Translations under genes and position numbers: made by a program
Source of the DNA: Bacteriovoracaceae bacterium
GTDB lineage: Bacteria > Bdellovibrionota > Bacteriovoracia > Bacteriovoracales > Bacteriovoracaceae
Direction: 5' to 3'
Assembly (NCBI GenBank): GCA_048270185.1
Contig: JBLWTJ010000001.1
Coordinates: 480,001 to 544,000 of the forward strand
DNA length: 64,000 nt
Part shown: positions 58,100 through 64,000 of the stretch, one piece after another
Layout: the number at the start of each line of letters is the position of its first letter
How positions within the stretch are numbered: position 1 is the stretch's first letter
The notes under the pieces: generated by a model
The model's database searches: none
What the model was told of the DNA's origin: nothing
The model's input: the letters and a program-made list of their open reading frames with translations, nothing else

Positions 58100-58390
58100 A
58101 TGAAAGTACTATCAACAAACACATTTAGATTGTTACTTATTGGACCAATTATTTTACTGCCTCTATCTTTTGCACAAGAGCAAAGTACTGCAGCCATTGT
58201 CCACGACAAAGACCCGTCAGTGGAGAGATTAATCGAAAATAGTAAAGATAAACCTCCCTATACAAATGATGAAGCGACAAAGAAGGAAAAAGTAAAAGAA
58301 TCAAAAGAAAGGACACCTGCTTCAAAACAGGAGGAAATGAAATTATTTCGAAACTTAGAAAGACCTCTTTACGATCGACGATATAAATAA
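58100..58390 (+). CDS. Small secreted charged protein
   Basis: Signal peptide SFA-Q; RTPAS. Confidence 0.7.
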   Translation: MKVLSTNTFRLLLIGPIILLPLSFAQEQSTAAIVHDKDPSVERLIENSKDKPPYTNDEATKKEKVKESKERTPASKQEEMKLFRNLERPLYDRRYK

Positions 58391-58407
58391 CATAGGTTTC
58401 TCAAAAC

Positions 58408-58433
58408 TATATTGTACACAATATAATATTGTG
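58408..58433. promoter_or_regulatory. Probable OhrR operator (two overlapping inverted repeats)
   Basis: TATATTGT-ac-ACAATATA (58408-58425) and CACAATAT-a-ATATTGTG (58417-58433) upstream of gpx-ohrR. Confidence 0.7.
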
Positions 58434-58458
58434 CTATATTTCTACAAAAGGAGAAGCT

Positions 58459-58935
58459 ATGAGCATTTATGATTACAAAGCAGTTGATATTAGAGGCAAT
58501 GAACGTTCATTAAGTGAATTTAAAGGTAAAAGCCTACTCATCGTTAATACGGCCAGTAAATGTGGCTTTACACCGCAATATGAAGGCCTACAACAACTTT
58601 ACGATAAATATCAGGGAAAACTTGAAATACTTGCCTTCCCTTGTAATCAATTTGGAAAGCAGGAGCCAGGTAGTTCAGAAGATATCCAATCCTTTTGTGA
58701 CCTTACTTTTAAAACATCATTTCCTCTATTTGAAAAAGTCGATGTAAATGGTGACACTACTCACCCACTATTTAAATATCTAAAAGATGAACTTCCAGGA
58801 CTTCTTGGAAGTAAGAAAATAAAATGGAACTTTACTAAATTCCTCATTGATCACAATGGAAAACCAGTTAAGCGCTATGCTCCGATTGATAAGCCAGAAT
58901 CATTAGAAAAAGATATCGAGGCAAGCTTTGAGTAG
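58459..58935 (+). CDS. Glutathione peroxidase family protein (Cys type)
   Basis: NTASKCGFTPQY, FPCNQFG, KWNFTKFL; AAGGAG RBS before ATG 58459. Confidence 0.95.
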   Translation: MSIYDYKAVDIRGNERSLSEFKGKSLLIVNTASKCGFTPQYEGLQQLYDKYQGKLEILAFPCNQFGKQEPGSSEDIQSFCDLTFKTSFPLFEKVDVNGDTTHPLFKYLKDELPGLLGSKKIKWNFTKFLIDHNGKPVKRYAPIDKPESLEKDIEASFE

Positions 58936-59368
58936 AATTGAACAATTGGCTTTAGACAACCAGTTCTGTTTTAGTCTTTACCGATTAAGTAAGCTTGTTA
59001 CAAATCAGTATAGGCCATACTTGGATGAGATAAATTTAACATACCCTCAGTATTTAGTAATGCTGTGTCTTTGGGAGGATGAGAAATTAAACATGTCGAC
59101 ACTAGGAGAGAAACTCTCTCTTGATAACGGAACTTTAACCCCTTTAATTAAACGTCTTATAGAGAAAGAGTTGGTGGAGAAGAAGCGCTGTGAAGAAGAT
59201 GAAAGGATTGTCTATATTACAACGACAACAACAGGAAAGAAATTAAAGAAGAAAGCATCTGGTATTGCGCAAAAGCTACTTTGTAAGCAAAATGCCGATA
59301 TTAATAAGATGTTAAAACTAAAAAAAGAGATTGATGATCTCTATGATAATTGGAGCACACATGAATAA
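58928..59368 (+). CDS. ohrR: OhrR-type MarR family regulator
   Basis: LDNQFCFSLY, LTYPQYLV, DNGTLTPLIKRL. Confidence 0.88.
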   Translation: MSRIEQLALDNQFCFSLYRLSKLVTNQYRPYLDEINLTYPQYLVMLCLWEDEKLNMSTLGEKLSLDNGTLTPLIKRLIEKELVEKKRCEEDERIVYITTTTTGKKLKKKASGIAQKLLCKQNADINKMLKLKKEIDDLYDNWSTHE

Positions 59369-60002
59369 TGAAGAAATTTTGAAAGCACTAAATTGGCGAT
59401 ATGCCACAAAAGTATTTGATAAGAATAAGAAAATTTCAGAAAAAGACCTACATGTCCTAACTGAATCATTAAGATTAGCTGCAAGTTCTTTCGGGCTACA
59501 ACCTTGGAAGTTTATCTTAGTTAACGATGAAAAAACTCGTGAGGAGTTAAGAGAACATTCTTGGGGTCAATCGCAAGTTACCGATGCCTCTCATTATTTT
59601 GTCCTGGCCTATATGACGGAACTAAATGAGGATTATATTGAAAAATTTGTGCAATCAATTGCAGATCAAAGAAATGTTGAGAGAGAAAGTCTACAAGGTT
59701 ACTACGATGTAATGAAAGGTGCACTTATCGATGGGCCACGTTCAAAGGAAATTCCAGAATGGTCCCAGCGTCAAACATATATCGCGATGGGACAACTACT
59801 TGCAACAGCTGCAATTCAAGGAATAGATACGTGTGCAATTGAAGGCATCGTAAATGAAGAATATGATAAGATTCTTGGACTTGAAGGAACAAAGTATAAA
59901 ACTCTTGGTACAGTTGCCCTCGGTTATCGTTCAGATGAAGATAAGTATAAAGATCTTGAAAAGGTGCGTTTTAGTTTCGATGAAATTTTTAATGTAATAT
60001 AG
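59361..60002 (+). CDS. NAD(P)H-dependent nitroreductase (NfsB-like)
   Basis: WRYATKVFD, SSFGLQPWKF, DTCAIEG; GGAG before ATG 59361. Confidence 0.93.
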   Translation: MNNEEILKALNWRYATKVFDKNKKISEKDLHVLTESLRLAASSFGLQPWKFILVNDEKTREELREHSWGQSQVTDASHYFVLAYMTELNEDYIEKFVQSIADQRNVERESLQGYYDVMKGALIDGPRSKEIPEWSQRQTYIAMGQLLATAAIQGIDTCAIEGIVNEEYDKILGLEGTKYKTLGTVALGYRSDEDKYKDLEKVRFSFDEIFNVI

Positions 60003-60015
60003 AGAATTATAAAAA

Positions 60016-60044
60016 AAGAAAGGCTCTATTAAAGGGCCTTTCTT
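60016..60044 (+). terminator. Intrinsic terminator
   Basis: AAGAAAGGCTCT-attaa-AGGGCCTTTCTT. Confidence 0.75.
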
Positions 60045-60060
60045 ATGTTAAAGTATTAAA

Positions 60061-60597
60061 ATGATTCTTATTCCTATTATCGCATTCTTTCTTATCATTT
60101 TTGGTTTTCTTCTTTATAAGCACTACTCTTTAAAGTTTAGCAGACAGATTGCCAAGAAAAAATTCATACAATATATTGATACTTGGAGCTCAAAGCTTAA
60201 TAGTAAAACCACTTTATTTAAAAGCTTAACAGATCAAGATCAAAAACAACTCTTAGATGCAATCCAAGTGTTTCTTAGTGAGAAGAAGTGGGACAAAACG
60301 ATCAGTGAGGATGAGAAACTTCTTACATCTTATTATGCATCTCTATTAATCTTTAAGAGAAAGACAAACTACTACCCTAATATCAAGTATATCAATCAAT
60401 TCAAACCTTTTGAATATTGGATAGAAGAGAATGAGAAACAATTTGAAATTGATTTCGGGAAAATGGCGCTAAAGGAAATGCAAGGTAATTTTGTCAAATA
60501 CACTATCGAGTACTTTGAAAATGTCGTAGCAATTAAATCAGAAAGACCAAAGATATATCAACAATTGAACTCTTATTTTAAATTTTGGCGTCAATAA
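60061..60597 (+). CDS. Shortened MtfA/peptidase-M90-like membrane-anchored protein lacking HExxH
   Basis: IQVFLSEKKW, LLIFKR...YYP, YFEN...RPKIYQQLNSYF resemble the MtfA N- and C-terminal motifs. Confidence 0.5.
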   Translation: MILIPIIAFFLIIFGFLLYKHYSLKFSRQIAKKKFIQYIDTWSSKLNSKTTLFKSLTDQDQKQLLDAIQVFLSEKKWDKTISEDEKLLTSYYASLLIFKRKTNYYPNIKYINQFKPFEYWIEENEKQFEIDFGKMALKEMQGNFVKYTIEYFENVVAIKSERPKIYQQLNSYFKFWRQ

Positions 60598-61259
60598 AAG
60601 TCAGCATCGTTTGAGCTATATGGATGAACTCTCTTATACTGAGGACCTTGCTCAATATGGGCCTTAATATTGATTAGATTCCACTTGAAAGTATTGGTCA
60701 CACTACGCTTTGTTATGAAGCGAAAGATCTGTTGCCAGAGGAAGTATTCGAAACTTGAAGGCTTCTTTTCAAGCTCTTCTCTTTTGATATATCCTGAACG
60801 AAAAGTAAGCAGTGTCTTCTTCTCACCTAACTTCTTATAAATTTGTTCAACGAGAAACTCTCCTTTCTCATCATAGTTCATAAAATCCATGAACTCATTA
60901 AAGTTATAGGCCCTAATTTGTTTGTAGTACTCCGACTCACCTTTTTCAATTTTAGTTGTGGTCTCATCCCAGAATGTTCCTGTCTGACTCTTGCGTCTGA
61001 AACATCTGCGAGTGAAGCCAATATCACTCTCCATCAAATCTTTATTCCAAGGGCATTGCGAATCAGGACAGGCAACAATACTATAAAAGTAAGTCGACCA
61101 TTGACGGGCGTTTTCGTTAACTGAATTATAGGCCCATACTTCATCAATTGAAGCATTAATCTCAATTGAATATTCAGCGTATTCAGACGGCTTTGTGTAC
61201 TCGAAAGCAGTAGTCGATAGACTGAAGAAAATCAGAAATAGAGATAGAAGCTTTCTCAT
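60591..61259 (-). CDS. Secreted SRPBCC-like protein
   Basis: Signal peptide; SIEINASIDEVWAY...GFTRRC...NLINIKAHIE. Confidence 0.7.
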   Translation of the reverse strand: MRKLLSLFLIFFSLSTTAFEYTKPSEYAEYSIEINASIDEVWAYNSVNENARQWSTYFYSIVACPDSQCPWNKDLMESDIGFTRRCFRRKSQTGTFWDETTTKIEKGESEYYKQIRAYNFNEFMDFMNYDEKGEFLVEQIYKKLGEKKTLLTFRSGYIKREELEKKPSSFEYFLWQQIFRFITKRSVTNTFKWNLINIKAHIEQGPQYKRVHPYSSNDADFY

Positions 61260-61381
61260 TTAATAAGGATAATGGCGTATGCCTCACCGAGTCAACGACA
61301 AGCAAGATTTTTCGTTGCCAAATAATTCTTAAGTGATTAATATATCAAAAGAATTTTACGCAAATTCAGTGATTACAATGT

Positions 61382-61466
61382 GCCTAGGTGGTGAAATTGG
61401 TAAACACGCACGGTTGAGGGCCGTGTGCTTTCGAGCTTGCTGGTTCAAGTCCAGTTCTAGGCACCA
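61382..61466 (+). tRNA. tRNA-Leu (GAG)
   Basis: GCCTAGG/TCTAGGC acceptor stem, CACGG-TTGAGGG-CCGTG anticodon arm, long variable arm, TTCAAGT T-loop, A73, CCA. Confidence 0.96.
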
Positions 61467-61629
61467 TTTCCAAAATAAATCCATATTCATTTTTGAATTT
61501 CTTAGCTGCTTAGTTAAAAGCAAGCGTAGCTTGATGGTTTAGCGCCAGGATGGCGTGTATGCCGACGAAGGCAGGAGCCGAGAGTCGGCCAAGTCCAGTT
61601 CTAGGCACCATTTCCAAAATAAATCCATA
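61446..61629 (+). repeat. Perfect 40-bp direct repeat (61446-61485 and 61590-61629) duplicating the tRNA-Leu 3' end and trailer
   Basis: CAAGTCCAGTTCTAGGCACCATTTCCAAAATAAATCCATA twice, period 144 bp. Confidence 0.95.
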
Positions 61630-61764
61630 CATAAAATAAAACCCAATTAAGTTAAGAGCTTACAACCAATTTCGGACTCGAAATCATGTGAACTTGGCTC
61701 AACTAATAACTATAGTTAGGTTGGACTAGTATTAAGTAGTTAGATGCCCGGGCGCTGCCTGTAA

Positions 61765-62097
61765 TTAGATCTTTCTTTTGGCTGCGCCTATATCTTCAAG
61801 GTAGAACTTGAGACGTTGCTCAATTTCTTCAAGAGCTTTGAGACGAATTTCAAGGGCCATTTGGCATGAGCGATTACCTCGAATCTCAGAGATTGCTTCA
61901 CTAGAAGGAATTGCCATAACGGGCTTCTTTTCTTTGGCCTGAACTTGTTGTTCTTCAAATTCTTCGATTAATTTACTAAGAGGAGTTACTTCTTCTTGGC
62001 GATCTTCAACTTTAGATTCGACAGGAAAATGCTTCGACGCTGGAAACATAACTAGAACGTCGTTGGCCTGATTTTCATTTTGAGTCGTTTGCTTCAT
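61765..62097 (-). CDS. Hypothetical protein with C-terminal coiled coil
   Basis: GAGG RBS; LKALEEIEQRLKFYLEDI. Confidence 0.7.
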   Translation of the reverse strand: MKQTTQNENQANDVLVMFPASKHFPVESKVEDRQEEVTPLSKLIEEFEEQQVQAKEKKPVMAIPSSEAISEIRGNRSCQMALEIRLKALEEIEQRLKFYLEDIGAAKRKI

Positions 62098-62161
62098 TTA
62101 ATTCTATTCCTCTAGGTAAATATTGATGGAGTGCAATCTTGTGATCACTCCTATATATAAA

Positions 62162-62176
62162 GCATAACTTGGGCCA
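62162..62176 (-). promoter_or_regulatory. Possible sigma-54 promoter for 61765..62097
   Basis: Minus strand TGGCCCAAGTTATGC with GG-N10-GC spacing. Confidence 0.45.
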
Positions 62177-62320
62177 AGATATTTTGGCAGATCCATTGTA
62201 AAATTAACCTCTTACAATAAGTGAACGTCAATTTCTTATACAGCTGAAGCTAATATGGACAAAAAAATTCCTGTGATTTCAAGGGCTTGTTCATAAAATC
62301 TATTGTGTTAAAATGGAAGG

Positions 62321-62545
62321 GTGAAAAGAATCAACTGCATGCAATGCGAATATTACTATAGTACATGGGATAAATACGCACCTCGCGGGTGTCGTAAATT
62401 TGATATGAAATCCACGACAATGCCCTCAATTCTCGTAAAGCAAGAAAGTGGAAATGACTGCCAATTCTACAAACAGAAAGATCATTTCAAGAATCGAAAT
62501 AAGAAGGGAAAATTAGACGATCTCAACGATCCAAAGCTATGGTAA
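62321..62545 (+). CDS. Small four-Cys putative metal-binding protein
   Basis: INCMQCEYYYSTWD...GC..F..KS...PS..V...SG.DC.FY. Confidence 0.75.
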   Translation: MKRINCMQCEYYYSTWDKYAPRGCRKFDMKSTTMPSILVKQESGNDCQFYKQKDHFKNRNKKGKLDDLNDPKLW

Positions 62546-63670
62546 TTGCTTAGCTTGCTCATGATAAGTCGGCCCTGACTCCTTAATCATTCCCCCACCA
62601 AGACATACCTGCTCACCTTCTAATTCAGTATAGAAGACGATTGATTGGCGCTTAGCAATTGCTCTTTGAGGAGTATCAAAGTCCACTCGAATTTCACCGT
62701 CACTTACTTCAGTGATCGTGCAATCTTGATCTTGCTGACGGTAGCGAATTTTTGCCTTAAGCTTTTGTCCTACTGTTGGCCTAAATTCTTCATCAACCCA
62801 AGATAGGTCTGTTGCCGTTAAAAAATCAGCATATAAGGCACCGTGCTTCTCACCACGCTCAACGATAACAACATTGCGCTCAGTATCTTTTCCAACGACA
62901 AACCATGGCTCTCCAGGGCCACCAAGCCCAAGGCCCTTACGTTGTCCAATTGTATAGAATGCACTTCCACTATGGGTTCCAACCTTAGTGCCATCAAGTA
63001 ATTCAAAGTCACCTGATTTAATTTGGATATAATTTGAAAGGAAATTCTTAAAGTTGCGCTCACCGATAAAGCAGATCCCAGTGGAGTCTTTCTTATCGTG
63101 TGTTATAAGGTCATATTTTTTAGCAATCTCACGTACCTGAGGCTTCTCAATTGCACCTACAGGAAAGAGAACCTTATCAAGAACTTTAGATTTAATTGTA
63201 TATAAGAAGTAAGTTTGATCTTTATTATTATCTTCGCCTTTAATTAAGCGCGACTGGCCATCAACGACTTTGGTTTGGCAGTAGTGACCAGTGGCCAGGT
63301 AATCTGCCCCAAGTTCCATGGCCTTATTAAAGAAGACTTTAAACTTAATTTCACGGTTACAAAGGATATCTGGATTTGGTGTATAGCCTTGTTCATATTC
63401 TTCAAGGAAATTAGCAAAAACATTATCGCGATACTCTTTTACGAAATCAACTGAGTAATATGGAATATCTAGCTTTTCACAAACGGCCACAACATCTTCA
63501 AATTCAAGAGATGCCTTACAATTGCCATTTTCGTCCTCTTCTTCCCAGTTTTTCATGAACATGCCAATGACGTTATAACCCTGCTCTTTTAATAAAGCAG
63601 CACATACAGAGGAATCCACACCTCCGCTCATTCCGACAATGACTGTTTTTCCATTTCCAATTTCACTCAT
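62537..63670 (-). CDS. mnmA: tRNA 2-thiouridine(34) synthase
   Basis: GMSGGVDSSV, TPNPDILCNREIKF, KDQTYFL, DSTGICFIGE. Confidence 0.97.
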   Translation of the reverse strand: MSEIGNGKTVIVGMSGGVDSSVCAALLKEQGYNVIGMFMKNWEEEDENGNCKASLEFEDVVAVCEKLDIPYYSVDFVKEYRDNVFANFLEEYEQGYTPNPDILCNREIKFKVFFNKAMELGADYLATGHYCQTKVVDGQSRLIKGEDNNKDQTYFLYTIKSKVLDKVLFPVGAIEKPQVREIAKKYDLITHDKKDSTGICFIGERNFKNFLSNYIQIKSGDFELLDGTKVGTHSGSAFYTIGQRKGLGLGGPGEPWFVVGKDTERNVVIVERGEKHGALYADFLTATDLSWVDEEFRPTVGQKLKAKIRYRQQDQDCTITEVSDGEIRVDFDTPQRAIAKRQSIVFYTELEGEQVCLGGGMIKESGPTYHEQAKQLP

Positions 63671-63695
63671 ATGCCTTATTTAGCACATTTGGGGG

Positions 63696-64000
63696 CTAGA
63701 GGTCTAGTGCCCATGAAGCAATGGCCATAGCGATGCTCTTAGTTGAGTGAGCTAAAGTCTTAATATTGAGAGAGGCCACAAAATCGGACTGTGTATGGAT
63801 ACGATTGGCATTAAAATCACTTTCCCAATTCTGAGTATAAACAAGGCTTGGTATACCAAGCTTTTGGAATGAGACATTATCGCCATTTTGGAAATCTTTT
63901 TGAGTTGGAGTGAAATCCACAGTAAAGGTACCACCAGCACTCTTTTGGTTAAATAAATTGGCCATGGCCTTTTCCTGCTTATGAAGTCTCGAACTTGCTG
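63696..64000 (-). CDS. C-terminal part of an M28-family peptidase (5' end outside window)
   Basis: NGDNVSFQKLGIPSL...IHTQSD; frame open to the window edge. Confidence 0.7.
   Translation of the reverse strand, partial: ASSRLHKQEKAMANLFNQKSAGGTFTVDFTPTQKDFQNGDNVSFQKLGIPSLVYTQNWESDFNANRIHTQSDFVASLNIKTLAHSTKSIAMAIASWALDL

Noticed and set aside
58459..58935. Selenocysteine in the glutathione peroxidase
   Set aside because: Active-site codon is TGT (Cys)
61333..61542. 69-aa ORF
   Set aside because: Overlaps tRNA-Leu
61446..61629. Prophage attL/attR
   Set aside because: Only 104 bp between the repeats and no integrase or phage genes; kept as a mini-element finding
62321..62545. Uracil-DNA glycosylase label sometimes attached to such small Cys proteins
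   Set aside because: 74 aa with no UDG catalytic motifs
1264..63940. Remaining short (60-130 aa) track ORFs nested in or antisense to long genes
   Set aside because: No recognisable motifs or independent expression signals; expected shadow ORFs

Overview
Low-GC bacterial chromosome segment. It most likely comes from a predatory Bdellovibrionota (Bacteriovoracaceae/Halobacteriovorax-like); this is inferred from Cys-rich secreted orphans, R-x-P-A/S-S motifs, FliA-type promoters and GGCC excess, not from a marker gene. Housekeeping content: yebC, ihfB, queA-tgt-yajC-tat-secD-secF, sdaA, phoA, gpx-ohrR-nitroreductase, mnmA, tRNA-Cys(GCA), tRNA-Leu(GAG), and a TPP riboswitch ahead of a TonB-dependent receptor. 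Accessory content: two tandem paralogous sensor kinases (one missed by the ORF track) divergent from a 3135-aa adhesin with strictly alternating A/B cadherin-like repeats; an orphan pilin fused to a three-repeat beta-prism lectin-like domain; and a head-to-head junction of two 5'-truncated genes. Also present are an IS1-like element, degenerate island ends next to tRNA-Cys, and a duplicated tRNA-Leu 3' end enclosing GGA-loop hairpins. The best candidate for an undescribed system is a four-gene operon (23600-29082) that looks like a highly divergent chaperone-usher-type fimbrial system. All calls are by eye; no database searches were run.
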